Shown piece after piece: positions 27,991 through 37,804 of a stretch of DNA of 64,000 nucleotides. Below the pieces are notes generated by a model. That model was not told where the DNA came from. It made no database searches and worked only from the letters and a program-made list of their open reading frames with translations. The translations under genes were made by a program, and so were the position numbers. The DNA lies in NCBI GenBank assembly GCA_934167695.1, contig CAKPLP010000003.1, positions 11,529 through 75,528 of the forward strand. Direction: 5' to 3'. The DNA comes from an uncultured Bacilli bacterium. GTDB taxonomy: Bacteria; Bacillota_I; Bacilli_A; RF39; UBA660. Position 1 is the stretch's first letter, and each line of letters opens with the position of its first letter.

Positions 27991-28444
27991 TAGAGGTTTT
28001 GAAGTAATAGAAGAATATAAGGATAAAAATATTAATTTACCTGTTAGAAAAACAAAATTTTCTTCTGGATATGATGTTGAAGCAGCAGAGGATGTTGTTA
28101 TTCCACCTTTTAAACCGGGGATAAAACCAACTCTTATTCCAACAGGTTTAAAAGCATATTGTGCTGAGGATGAGTTTTATATGTTAGTAAATAGAAGTAG
28201 TGGTCCAAAAAAAGGACTGGTAATGCCTAACAGTATAGGAATTATTGATTGTGACTATTATAATAATGATTCTAATGAAGGACACTTCTATTTTCAATAT
28301 TTTAATATAAAAGACGAAGAGATTGTGATTCATAAGGGTGATGTAATTGGTCAGGTTATTTTTCAAAAGTATTTAACTGTTGATTGTGATAACGCTGATG
28401 GTGTTAGAACTGGTGGATTTGGTTCTACTGATAAAACTATATAG
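27983..28444 (+). CDS. dut: dUTP diphosphatase (dUTPase)
   Basis: RSSGPKKGLVMPNSIGIIDCDY and C-terminal GGFGSTD motifs. 8-nt overlap with nrdG. Confidence 0.85.
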   Translation: MRNRGFEVIEEYKDKNINLPVRKTKFSSGYDVEAAEDVVIPPFKPGIKPTLIPTGLKAYCAEDEFYMLVNRSSGPKKGLVMPNSIGIIDCDYYNNDSNEGHFYFQYFNIKDEEIVIHKGDVIGQVIFQKYLTVDCDNADGVRTGGFGSTDKTI

Positions 28445-28455
28445 AGAAAAAATAG

Positions 28456-28488
28456 CTCTAATTAGGAAACTAATTAGAGTTTTAAATT
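28456..28488. terminator. bidirectional intrinsic terminator (CTCTAATTAG-GAAA-CTAATTAGAG)
   Basis: Perfect 10-bp stem between convergent dut (+) and the XRE gene (-). T/A runs on both sides. Confidence 0.6.
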
Positions 28489-28703
28489 AATATTTTATTT
28501 GTAATTGGAATAATACTTATTAATTCTCCCGGTGTACATTCTAGATACTCACAGAATTCTTCAATATATTTAAATGAAATAGAACTTGTTTCTCCTCGAA
28601 TTATTCTGTTAAGATTTCTTGATGTTAAATTCATCTGTTGGCATAACCAATACTTTGTTTTACCTTTTCTTTTTAAAAGTTCTTCTATATTAATTTTTAC
28701 CAT
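28482..28703 (-). CDS. XRE-family (Cro/C1-type HTH) transcriptional regulator, 73 aa
   Basis: KTKYWLCQQMNLTSRNLNRIIRGETSSISFKYIEEFCEYLECTPGEL is a typical short HTH_XRE. Confidence 0.7.
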   Translation of the reverse strand: MVKINIEELLKRKGKTKYWLCQQMNLTSRNLNRIIRGETSSISFKYIEEFCEYLECTPGELISIIPITNKILI

Positions 28704-28839
28704 ACATATTCATACTCCTTCTTTTAGGAATATTGTAAATAAAATGAAAAGTATAAATAAGATACTTAGAATACCTACAGCTTATTAGTTGTTGTATTAT
28801 TATTTTGTTTTGTGATAAAATTGATATAGTGATTAAAGT

Positions 28840-29445
28840 ATGGTAAAAAGAAAGTTAAAGTTAAGAAAAAATGTTTTATCTAAAATTATTATTTTTTTAA
28901 TACTTGTTAGTATTATGATTTTATTGTTTTTTGCTTCTTATTATATTTATACAAATAGTAGAAAAGATATTGTTTATAAAAAGAATGTTTATCAATATAG
29001 TTATCTTGTAATTGATGAGATGTCTGATAGCTTTGCAATAGTTGATAATAAGGAATTACATTTTGTAAAATCTAAAAATAACATTTATATTGTGGCAATA
29101 GATGGTAGAGATAAAGAAAAATATACAGGTATAATAGATTATACTTATGGTAAAACTAAAGATGTAAAACAAACTAAAATATATGGTTATCCCATAAAAG
29201 TAAATACAAAAATTCAAAATTTGGCTGTTAAGTATATTAATGATTTTTTGTCTTATGAAGATAAAATTGATATTGATATTAATAATTATTCTAAATATTT
29301 TCCAGATACTTATTTAGATACTACTATTCATGAATTTTATAAGTTTAATTATATAGTTTTTTTCTTATTACTTTTGGTACTTTTTATATTAATTTTGTTT
29401 GTTTATCATTTCTTTTTAAAAAGGAGGATTAAAAAATTAGATTGA
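28840..29445 (+). CDS. hypothetical membrane protein (N- and C-terminal TM helices)
   Basis: TM IIIFLILVSIMILLFFASYYIY and C-terminal YIVFFLLLLVLFILILFVYHFFL. Confidence 0.4.
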   Translation: MVKRKLKLRKNVLSKIIIFLILVSIMILLFFASYYIYTNSRKDIVYKKNVYQYSYLVIDEMSDSFAIVDNKELHFVKSKNNIYIVAIDGRDKEKYTGIIDYTYGKTKDVKQTKIYGYPIKVNTKIQNLAVKYINDFLSYEDKIDIDINNYSKYFPDTYLDTTIHEFYKFNYIVFFLLLLVLFILILFVYHFFLKRRIKKLD

Positions 29446-30209
29446 AAGATATTTTTAATTTTCGAAGTAGAAGTGCTTTTTATGTATATATATTTTTAAA
29501 TATTTTTGTTTTTATAGTTTTATTTAATAGGATTTTAAGTTTTGATTTTAAAAATGTTCTTTTATGTTTTACAAGTATTATTTTATTTATTACTCCTAAT
29601 ATAATTGAAAGTATGTTTAATATTAGATTTCCTTCATTTTATAAGATTTGCATACTTTTTTTTATTTTTTTGTCTGGAGTATGTGGAAAGATTTTTAATT
29701 TTTATTTGACTTTTCCTTTCCTTGATACATTTTTACATACTGTAAATGGATTTCTTTGTGGAGCATTAGGAGTAGGAATATTGAATTATTTTTTTTCTAA
29801 TAATATTCGTATTTCTCACTATTTAATTATTATTTTTATTATTTTATTCGCAAATTTTATTGGTGTATTATGGGAAGTAGTTGAATTTAGTAGTGATATT
29901 TTATTAAAAACAGATGCTCAAAATGATTTTGTTATTAGAAGATTTTCTTCTGTAGAATTGAATAAAAAAAAGAATGGTCATGCTATTATTGTTGATAACA
30001 TTGACCATACAGATATTTATTATATTAATAATGGTAAAATGGATAAAATTGTTGTAGATGGGTATTTAGATATTGGAATAATTGATACTATGAGGGATTT
30101 AATTGTTAATTTATGTGGGGCAATTTTCTTTTCAATTTTATTTATTTTATATATGGGTAATAATAAAAAATATAGATTTATGAATAATTTTATTATATTA
30201 AGAAATTAA
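29442..30209 (+). CDS. hypothetical polytopic membrane protein
   Basis: About 6 hydrophobic segments. TTG start overlapping the upstream stop. Confidence 0.4.
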   Translation: MKDIFNFRSRSAFYVYIFLNIFVFIVLFNRILSFDFKNVLLCFTSIILFITPNIIESMFNIRFPSFYKICILFFIFLSGVCGKIFNFYLTFPFLDTFLHTVNGFLCGALGVGILNYFFSNNIRISHYLIIIFIILFANFIGVLWEVVEFSSDILLKTDAQNDFVIRRFSSVELNKKKNGHAIIVDNIDHTDIYYINNGKMDKIVVDGYLDIGIIDTMRDLIVNLCGAIFFSILFILYMGNNKKYRFMNNFIILRN

Positions 30210-30213
30210 TTAT

Positions 30214-31230
30214 TTATGAATTTATTTTTTTTATGTAATTTTTATTAGTATTTAATTTATTTAATATTTCTGTTTGACTTTCTTCTTTTGTTTTTATATC
30301 TAATAATATTTTTTCAAATTCTTCAAAGTCTTTATCAAAATTTTGATATTTATCTTTCTTTTCTTTGTTTAAAAAATAATCAATATACATGTCGTATAAA
30401 TGTATATCATAGTCATAGTTATTTTCATCGTCATTATCAAAGTAATTGTTATTTTGATGATCATGTAATTTAACAAATATTTTTGCTGATATATTATAGT
30501 TTATTTTTTCTAGGTAGTCTATTAAACCGTCTATGTCTTCATTAAAGTAGATATCTAAAAGTTTATCTTCGGGTATTATTTTTTCTAATAGATAGATATT
30601 ATTTTTTTGATATGCTGCTTCATTATATAAAACTTTATTTGTAAATACTGTGTTTATTTCTTCTTCTAGTGCCATTCCATATTCAGAGTTTGCGAATTTA
30701 ATAACAATTTTTTTATTATCTTCTGTTAAATATATTAAATTTCTTAACATGTGACTTATTTCGTGATGAATAACATTATATAATGGTAAATCTTTACATA
30801 GGTTTAATTCATGTAGGTTGGCATCAAAGAAGGCCATTGTATATTTATTTTGACTTTTTTCAATTATTTCTTCTTTTGTTAAGTAATTAATTTTTATAAG
30901 TTCAATATTTTTTTGTAGAATACTTTTATCTAAGTCAGGATATTTATTACATATACTTTCAATATATTCATAAAAATAATCTTTTACTCCATATTCATTT
31001 GTTATAAATGGATTATTATTAACAGTTTTAATTAAATCATCATATGTTGGATTTTTAATTAAATATCCTAATTCTTCAGCATCATTTCTATTTGAAATTT
31101 TATTGTTTTCTTCATTAATGAAGTTTATTATAGAACCTTCTTCTTTAGTTATTTGGCCAACTTTTGTTCCTAATAATATACAGCTTGTTGCTAAAATTCC
31201 TATTTGAATTATGTTTAATCTTTTTTTCAT
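30214..31230 (-). CDS. secreted/anchored protein with HExxH motif (putative zincin-like metallopeptidase)
   Basis: Signal peptide MKKRLNIIQIGILATSCILLG (non-canonical lipobox). HEISH motif. Start at MKKRLN (ORF-track 31335 is an extension overlapping the rbfA promoter region). Confidence 0.45.
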   Translation of the reverse strand: MKKRLNIIQIGILATSCILLGTKVGQITKEEGSIINFINEENNKISNRNDAEELGYLIKNPTYDDLIKTVNNNPFITNEYGVKDYFYEYIESICNKYPDLDKSILQKNIELIKINYLTKEEIIEKSQNKYTMAFFDANLHELNLCKDLPLYNVIHHEISHMLRNLIYLTEDNKKIVIKFANSEYGMALEEEINTVFTNKVLYNEAAYQKNNIYLLEKIIPEDKLLDIYFNEDIDGLIDYLEKINYNISAKIFVKLHDHQNNNYFDNDDENNYDYDIHLYDMYIDYFLNKEKKDKYQNFDKDFEEFEKILLDIKTKEESQTEILNKLNTNKNYIKKINS

Positions 31231-31328
31231 AGTTTTTCCCCTTTTGCAGTGAGTGTTATTATAACATATACTTATGTAAATTGCAATAACCTCTATATAA
31301 TGATATACTTTTAAGTGGAGGGATATAC

Positions 31329-31670
31329 ATGGCAAATAATTTAAGAATAAAAAGACTTAATCATACTTATATGGAAGAAATTAGTATGATATTAATGGAA
31401 GAAGTAAAGGATGAAGAGTTAAAAGATGTTATTATAACAGGGGTTGATGTTACTAATGACTTAAGTTATGCTAAGGTTTATTTTACTTTATATAATAAAG
31501 AAAAAAGAAAAGATGTTTATACTGCTTTAAATAATGCGGCATCTTTTATTAGAGGACAACTTTCTTCGAGAATAGAGATTAGACATACTCCTGAACTTAG
31601 ATTTATTTATGATGAAAGTGAAGAGTATGGAGAAAAGATAGATAAGATTATTGATAATTTAAATAATTAG
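31329..31670 (+). CDS. rbfA: ribosome-binding factor A
   Basis: About 113 aa. RIKRLNHTYMEEISMIL...GVDVTNDLSYAKVYF KH-like RbfA pattern. GGAGGG RBS. Confidence 0.85.
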   Translation: MANNLRIKRLNHTYMEEISMILMEEVKDEELKDVIITGVDVTNDLSYAKVYFTLYNKEKRKDVYTALNNAASFIRGQLSSRIEIRHTPELRFIYDESEEYGEKIDKIIDNLNN

Positions 31671-31677
31671 TATAATT

Positions 31678-31708
31678 AAAGGCTTTGTAAGTTATGGCCT
31701 TTTTAATT
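31678..31708 (+). terminator. putative intrinsic terminator (AAAGGC...GCCTTT + TTAATTT)
   Basis: 6-bp stem, 13-nt loop, T-rich tail after rbfA. Confidence 0.4.
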
Positions 31709-31786
31709 TGTTATTAAAATTTTGTAAAATTTATAGCATTAATAGTATAAATGAATTATAATAAATAGTATCAGTAGGTGATTAAT

Positions 31787-32506
31787 TTGAAGATAAAGAT
31801 TAAAGATGTATTTGTAAATTATGTACAATATGGAAATGGTAAAGATATTATTTTATTACATGGTTGGGGACAAAATATTGAGATGATGAAGCCTATTGGC
31901 GATATGTTGTCTAGTAATTATAAAATTACGATTCTTGATTTGCCTGGTTTTGGTGAAAGTGATGAACCTAAATATGCTTGGACTTTAAAGGATTATTCTG
32001 ATATGCTAGAACAACTTGTAAATGAGTTGAATATAAAGAAACCTATTATTATGGGACATTCATTTGGTGGAAGAGTTGCTATTTATTATTCTAGTTATCA
32101 TTCTATTACTAAATTAGTACTATTTGGAAGTCCAGTTAGGCCTGAAAGAAGTACTAATAGTATTAAGGTTAAAGTATTAAAATCTTTAAAACAACTTCCA
32201 GGTATGGGGAAAATTGCGGAGAGAATGAAAAAATATATAGGGTCAAGAGACTATAAAGCTGCATCTACTATAATGAGGCAAGTTTTAGTTAATGTTGTTA
32301 ATCAAGACTTATCAGAATATGCTAAACAAATTGAGGAACCTACGTTATTAATATGGGGTGACAATGATTTGGAGGCAAGTATTGATGATGCTCATTTATT
32401 AGAAAATATTATGATTGATGCTGGAGTGGTTGTCTTACCGGGGACTCACTATGCTTATCTTGAAAATTTACCTCAAGTAATTAATATATTAAATAACTTT
32501 TTATAG
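31787..32506 (+). CDS. alpha/beta-fold hydrolase
   Basis: HGWGQN oxyanion region. GHSFGG nucleophile elbow. C-terminal His. TTG start 7 nt after an AGGTGA RBS. Confidence 0.7.
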   Translation: MKIKIKDVFVNYVQYGNGKDIILLHGWGQNIEMMKPIGDMLSSNYKITILDLPGFGESDEPKYAWTLKDYSDMLEQLVNELNIKKPIIMGHSFGGRVAIYYSSYHSITKLVLFGSPVRPERSTNSIKVKVLKSLKQLPGMGKIAERMKKYIGSRDYKAASTIMRQVLVNVVNQDLSEYAKQIEEPTLLIWGDNDLEASIDDAHLLENIMIDAGVVVLPGTHYAYLENLPQVINILNNFL

Positions 32507-32515
32507 GAGGAATTT

Positions 32516-34132
32516 ATGTTTTTGTTTTATTTAATAATAATTGCAATGATTTGTGAAGTCTTTTTTAAGACAAAAAAATCTCTTCATATGTTACAACAAA
32601 ACCTTTATAATGAAAATAATCGTTATTTAAAATGGGTTTTGAAAAATTCATCTAGTTATTTTAATATAGAAATTATTTCTATTATTATGGCTGTTTTGGG
32701 GGTATTTGTAATTTATGATGTTAATAAATATGTTATATTATCTCAAATAGTTATATTAATTGTTTATTGTGCTTTAACTTATAAATGGCGAAATAAATTA
32801 AAATATGAACAGACTAAAAAACCTCTTGTTTTTACAAAGAGAGTTAAAAGATTGGTTGTTACTACTACTATTTTATATTTGATTCCTATAATAGTATTAA
32901 TTTTGAATACTAGTAGTATAAGATTAGTTTGGCTTATGATACTTATTTTATCTATTATGGTATATATTAATGATTATATCGTATTCCTTTCTAATGTTAT
33001 TAATTTTCCTATTGAAAGATGTGTTTATCATTATTATAAAAGTAAAGCTCAAAAGAAGCTTAAAAGTATGTCTAATTTAAAGATTGTTGGTATTACTGGT
33101 AGTTATGGTAAAACTAGTAGTAAGAATATTTTGGGTAATATTTTAAATATTAAGTATAATGCATTGCCAACTCCTAAGAATTTGAATACATATAATGGTT
33201 TAATTATGACTGTAAATAATTATATGGATAAGTTTACGGATGTTTTTATTGCAGAGATGGGTGCTTATGTAAAAGGAGAAATAAAAGGATTATGTGATTT
33301 AGTTCATCCTAAATATGGAATTTTAACAACTATTGGTACTGCTCATTTGGAGTCTTTTGGAAGTGAACAAAATATTATAGATGGAAAATTTGAATTAATA
33401 GAGTCACTACCTCTTGATGGTATAGGAGTATTAAATGGAGATGATCCTAAGCAGGTTTCTTATAAGTTGAAGAACAAATGTGAAATAATTTGGATTGGTA
33501 TTGATAATCATGATGTTGATATTTATGCTAGTAACATAAAATGTTCTAGTAAGGGAACTAAGTTTGATGTTTTCTTTAAAAAGGAAAATATTAAATGTTC
33601 GTTTGAAACAAAACTGTTAGGTAATCATAATGTTTATAATATCTTGGCGGCTTTAGCATTAGGACATCGTTTTGGCATAGAAATTAGTGATTTGCAAGTT
33701 GCTGTTAAAAGTGTCTTACCAGTTGAACATAGATTAGAATTAAAGAGATTGGGTAATTTTTATATGATTGATGATGCTTATAATTCTAATCCTGTTGGTG
33801 CAAAGAATGCTGTTGCTGTACTTAAAATGATGCCGGGGATTAAAATAGTTGTTACTCCGGGTATGATAGAGTTGGGTTCAAAAGAAGATGAACTTAATGA
33901 GATTTTTGGAGAACAAATTGCTGAAGTTGCCGATTATGTTGTTTTAATTGGTAAGGAGAAAACAAAACCAATTAAAAAGGGACTAGAAAATAAAAGATAT
34001 GATTCTAGTAATATAATTGTATATAATGATGTAAGAGAAGCTTATGCTTTTATAAACAGTATTAAAAATGATACTGATGAGGATGTATATGCTTTATTTG
34101 AAAATGATTTGCCAGATACATATAATGAATAA
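32516..34132 (+). CDS. murF: MurF-type Mur ligase with an N-terminal 5-TM membrane domain in place of the canonical N-terminal domain
   Basis: P-loop GITGSYGKTS. AHLESFGS. C-terminal HRLE...IDDAYNSNP (MurF signature DDxYNANP). Residues 1-185 form about five hydrophobic helices. Confidence 0.7.
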   Translation: MFLFYLIIIAMICEVFFKTKKSLHMLQQNLYNENNRYLKWVLKNSSSYFNIEIISIIMAVLGVFVIYDVNKYVILSQIVILIVYCALTYKWRNKLKYEQTKKPLVFTKRVKRLVVTTTILYLIPIIVLILNTSSIRLVWLMILILSIMVYINDYIVFLSNVINFPIERCVYHYYKSKAQKKLKSMSNLKIVGITGSYGKTSSKNILGNILNIKYNALPTPKNLNTYNGLIMTVNNYMDKFTDVFIAEMGAYVKGEIKGLCDLVHPKYGILTTIGTAHLESFGSEQNIIDGKFELIESLPLDGIGVLNGDDPKQVSYKLKNKCEIIWIGIDNHDVDIYASNIKCSSKGTKFDVFFKKENIKCSFETKLLGNHNVYNILAALALGHRFGIEISDLQVAVKSVLPVEHRLELKRLGNFYMIDDAYNSNPVGAKNAVAVLKMMPGIKIVVTPGMIELGSKEDELNEIFGEQIAEVADYVVLIGKEKTKPIKKGLENKRYDSSNIIVYNDVREAYAFINSIKNDTDEDVYALFENDLPDTYNE

Positions 34133-34146
34133 GGGAGGAGAAATTT

Positions 34147-35370
34147 ATGAAAATTAAAGTTGGTGTTGTTTTTGGTGGTGAAAGTGTTGAACATGAAGTT
34201 AGTATAATTTCTGCACTTCAGGCTATGAACAAAATAAATCAAGAAAAGTATGAAATTATTCCTATCTATATTACAAAAGATAGAGAATGGTATACAGGGG
34301 AGATGTTGAGAGATATAGAATCTTATCAAGATTTATCACTTATAAAAAAATATGCAAAAAATGTCGTTCTTTATTGTGAGAATGGTAGATTTGTTTTAAA
34401 GAAAAAGAAAGGTTTATTTAATAAAGTAGTTACTGATATAGATATTGCTTTTCCAATAGTACATGGTACTAATGTTGAAGATGGTGCTTTACAAGGATAT
34501 TTTCAGAGTATAGGTATTCCTTATGTAGGACCTAATGTGTATGCTGCAGCAGTTGGTCAAGACAAAGTATATATGAAAAGAATATTTGAAGGTGAAAATC
34601 TTCCAATGACTAAATTTACTTGGTTTTACGATGCTGATTATAAAAATAATTTAGAAGATGTTTTAAGTAAAATTAAAAAATTAAAGTATCCTGTTATTGT
34701 AAAGCCTGCAACTACTGGTAGTAGTGTAGGAATTGGAACTGCTAGTAATGAGAAAGAGCTTATTGATGCTATTGATGACGCTATTCAATATGATTCTAAA
34801 ATATTAGTTGAAGAAATGGTTCAAAACTTAAAAGAGGTTAATATTAGTGTTTTAGGTAATTATGAACATCAAAAATTAAGTGAAATTGAGGAAGTAATTT
34901 CAAATGAAAAATTTTTGACTTTCGAAGAAAAGTATATAGGTAATGGAAAAACAAAAGGTAAAAATGGTTTGAAAATGATGAAGCCTAATAAAGGCTCTAA
35001 GGGTATGCTTTCTGCTACTAGAAAAATACCAGCAGATTTAAGTGACGAGGTAAGAGAAGAAGTAGAGAAAGTTGCAACTTCGGCTTTTAAAGCATTAGGT
35101 AGTTCAGGAGTATGTAGAATTGACTTTTTAATTGATGATAAAGCTCAAAAAGTTTATGTTAATGAAATTAATTCTATTCCAGGAAGTTTGTCATTTTACT
35201 TGTGGGAACCTAAAAATAAAAAATATACTGAATTATTAGATGATTTAGTTAATATAGGTGTAAAAGACTATAAAAAACGTGTTAGTAAAACTCATTCATT
35301 TGAAAGTAACATTTTAGCAGGATATGCAATGAATGCAGGTAGTAAAGGCACGAAAGGGAAATTAAAATAA
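34147..35370 (+). CDS. ddl: D-alanine--D-alanine ligase (long form, 407 aa)
   Basis: MKIKVGVVFGGESVEHEVSIISA N-terminus. ATP-grasp motifs (VKPATTGSSVGI, C-terminal INSIPG). Insert KTKGKNGLKMMKPNKGSKG. Confidence 0.85.
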   Translation: MKIKVGVVFGGESVEHEVSIISALQAMNKINQEKYEIIPIYITKDREWYTGEMLRDIESYQDLSLIKKYAKNVVLYCENGRFVLKKKKGLFNKVVTDIDIAFPIVHGTNVEDGALQGYFQSIGIPYVGPNVYAAAVGQDKVYMKRIFEGENLPMTKFTWFYDADYKNNLEDVLSKIKKLKYPVIVKPATTGSSVGIGTASNEKELIDAIDDAIQYDSKILVEEMVQNLKEVNISVLGNYEHQKLSEIEEVISNEKFLTFEEKYIGNGKTKGKNGLKMMKPNKGSKGMLSATRKIPADLSDEVREEVEKVATSAFKALGSSGVCRIDFLIDDKAQKVYVNEINSIPGSLSFYLWEPKNKKYTELLDDLVNIGVKDYKKRVSKTHSFESNILAGYAMNAGSKGTKGKLK

Positions 35371-35382
35371 AAAGTTAAAAAG

Positions 35383-35412
35383 TTCAAGTGTATATCTTGA
35401 ATTTTTTTCTTT
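35383..35412 (+). terminator. intrinsic terminator (TTCAAG-7nt-CTTGAA + T7)
   Basis: 6-bp stem followed by TTTTTTTCTTTTTT after ddl. Confidence 0.55.
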
Positions 35413-35455
35413 TTTATATATAATAATAAGCATAATGTTTTTTGGAGGATGGATT

Positions 35456-37804
35456 ATGAATAGTGATTCTATTATTATATTTGTAAGTAATGATATTGTT
35501 TTGTTTCCAAACTCCGAAGTGCGCTTTGAGATTGATAATTCTTATGAAAAAGATCTTTTTAAATTAATTGACTCTACTACTAAAGATGTACTTATAGTAA
35601 ATCCTTATGAAAATGTTAACTTCCCTGATGTTACTATGCTTCCTAAAATTGGTGTATTGGCAAGATTAAATTTAGTAATGGACATGCCTAATGGAAAAAC
35701 AAAAATAACATTATTAGGGTTAAGAAGAGTTAATGTTTTTAATTATGCTATAAGTGACAGTATGATTTATACGGCAAATTATAATGATATAGAAACTCCA
35801 AAGGTAGTTGATGAACATTATAAAAATATTTTAATAAAAGCGTTAGATAGATATGTTAGTAAAGTGCCATATGTTTCTAATTCTGTTATGAGTAAGATTG
35901 ATTTTATGGATAATATTAGTGATCTTACTGATTTAATTATTAGCTTTTTACCATTTGATATGGATAAAAAGAAGTCCTATATTTTGGAACTTGATAGTTA
36001 TAAAAGATGCAAAATGCTTATAGAAGATATGAAAGATAGCATTAAGTATGTTGAATTAGAGGAGAAAATAGAAAAAGAAGTTGATAAAGAATTAGATGAT
36101 AGCCAAAGAGAATATTACTTAAGACAAAAAATTAGTGTTATTCAAAAAGAACTTGGTGATGTTGGTAGTAAAGATAATGAAATAAACAAGTTAAAGAAAA
36201 AGTTTAACCGTTTGAAATGTCCTCCAAAAATTAAATCTAGAATTAAACTTGAGTTGAATAGATATGAGAATACTCCTAGTAATTCACCAGAAATAACTTT
36301 GATACGTGATTATCTTGACTGGATGTTTGCACTTCCATGGAGTACCTTTACAAAAGATAATAATAATTTTGTAGATGTTATGAATATATTAAATGATTCT
36401 CATTATGGTATGAAGAAAGTTAAGCTTAGAATTTTGGAATATTTGGCTGTAAAACAAAATACTAATAGTTTAAAAAGTCCTATTATTTGTTTGGTTGGCC
36501 CTCCGGGTGTTGGAAAGACAAGTTTAGCTTTATCGATTGCAACTGCTCTTAATCGTAATGTTACTAAAATTTCTGTTGGTGGTATAAATGATGAGGCTGA
36601 AATAGTTGGACATAGAAGAACTTACGTAGGAGCTAATCCCGGAAGAATAATTCAAGGAATAAAAAGAGCTGGTAGTTCCAATCCTGTATTTATTATTGAT
36701 GAAATAGATAAAATGCGTAAAGATATAAAAGGTGATCCTGCTAGTAGCTTATTAGAGGTGTTGGATCCAGCTCAAAATTCTCATTTTTCTGATCATTATA
36801 TTGAGGAAGATTTTGATTTAAGTAAGGTTATGTTTATTGCCACTGCAAATTATATAGAACAAATTCCTTATGAGTTACAAGATAGATTGGAAATAATAGA
36901 AGTTCCCGGATATACTGAGTATGAAAAACTAGATATCGCTAAAAATTATATTATTCCTAAGGCAATGGATGAATGTGGACTGACCTTACTTAATGTTCAG
37001 TTTAGTGATGATGCTATAATGGACATTATTAGGTATTATACTAAAGAGGCTGGAGTAAGAGAATTGCAAAGAAAAATTGCTAGCATTTTAAGAAAAATAG
37101 TAAAAAAATTACTTACAAATAAGAAAATAGTATCTTATTATATAGATTCTGCTATGATTTATGAATTACTTGGAAAGAAGATATTTTTCTATAATGTTAT
37201 TGAAAAAGAAAAAAGAATAGGTGTTGTTAATGGTATGGCTTATACTATATTTGGTGGAGATGTGTTACCTATTGAGGCTACTTATTATAAGGGTTCTGGT
37301 AGACTTATTTTAACTGGTAGCCTAGGGGAAGTAATGAAGGAGTCTGCTAGTATTGCCCTAAGTTATGTAAGAGCTCATGCTACTGATTTTGGTATAGATA
37401 TTAATAGTTTACTTGAAAATGATATACATATTCATGTTCCTGAAGGAGCTGTTAATAAAGATGGGCCTAGTGCAGGTATTACTATAACTACTGTTTTAAT
37501 TAGTTTATTTAAAAATCAAGCAGTATCAAGTAATTTATCGATGACTGGTGAAATGACTTTATCTGGTAAAATTCTTCCTATTGGTGGAGTTAGAGAAAAA
37601 GTAATAGGTTCACATAGAGCAAAGATTAAAACAATATATTTACCTAAAGATAATCAATATGATTTAGATGAAATTGATGATGATATAAAGAAAGATATTA
37701 AGTTTGTTTTTATTGATAATTATGTAGAATTATATAATTTGTTATTTAAGGGGGAAGTAATGAGTGAAAAAAGAATTCGAAGAAAACGAATTATTAATGG
37801 ATGA
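35456..37804 (+). CDS. lon: ATP-dependent Lon protease
   Basis: Lon N-domain. AAA+ Walker A GPPGVGKTS. Walker B IIDEIDK. Protease domain with catalytic DGPSAG...K. Start at MNSDS, 6 nt after GGAGGA. Confidence 0.9.
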   Translation: MNSDSIIIFVSNDIVLFPNSEVRFEIDNSYEKDLFKLIDSTTKDVLIVNPYENVNFPDVTMLPKIGVLARLNLVMDMPNGKTKITLLGLRRVNVFNYAISDSMIYTANYNDIETPKVVDEHYKNILIKALDRYVSKVPYVSNSVMSKIDFMDNISDLTDLIISFLPFDMDKKKSYILELDSYKRCKMLIEDMKDSIKYVELEEKIEKEVDKELDDSQREYYLRQKISVIQKELGDVGSKDNEINKLKKKFNRLKCPPKIKSRIKLELNRYENTPSNSPEITLIRDYLDWMFALPWSTFTKDNNNFVDVMNILNDSHYGMKKVKLRILEYLAVKQNTNSLKSPIICLVGPPGVGKTSLALSIATALNRNVTKISVGGINDEAEIVGHRRTYVGANPGRIIQGIKRAGSSNPVFIIDEIDKMRKDIKGDPASSLLEVLDPAQNSHFSDHYIEEDFDLSKVMFIATANYIEQIPYELQDRLEIIEVPGYTEYEKLDIAKNYIIPKAMDECGLTLLNVQFSDDAIMDIIRYYTKEAGVRELQRKIASILRKIVKKLLTNKKIVSYYIDSAMIYELLGKKIFFYNVIEKEKRIGVVNGMAYTIFGGDVLPIEATYYKGSGRLILTGSLGEVMKESASIALSYVRAHATDFGIDINSLLENDIHIHVPEGAVNKDGPSAGITITTVLISLFKNQAVSSNLSMTGEMTLSGKILPIGGVREKVIGSHRAKIKTIYLPKDNQYDLDEIDDDIKKDIKFVFIDNYVELYNLLFKGEVMSEKRIRRKRIING

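Noticed and set aside
32516-33070. Possibility that the 5-TM N-terminal segment of MurF is a separate upstream gene
   Set aside because: There is no in-frame stop between 32516 and the Mur ligase P-loop. As sequenced it is one ORF. It is flagged as a finding that needs resequencing rather than split.
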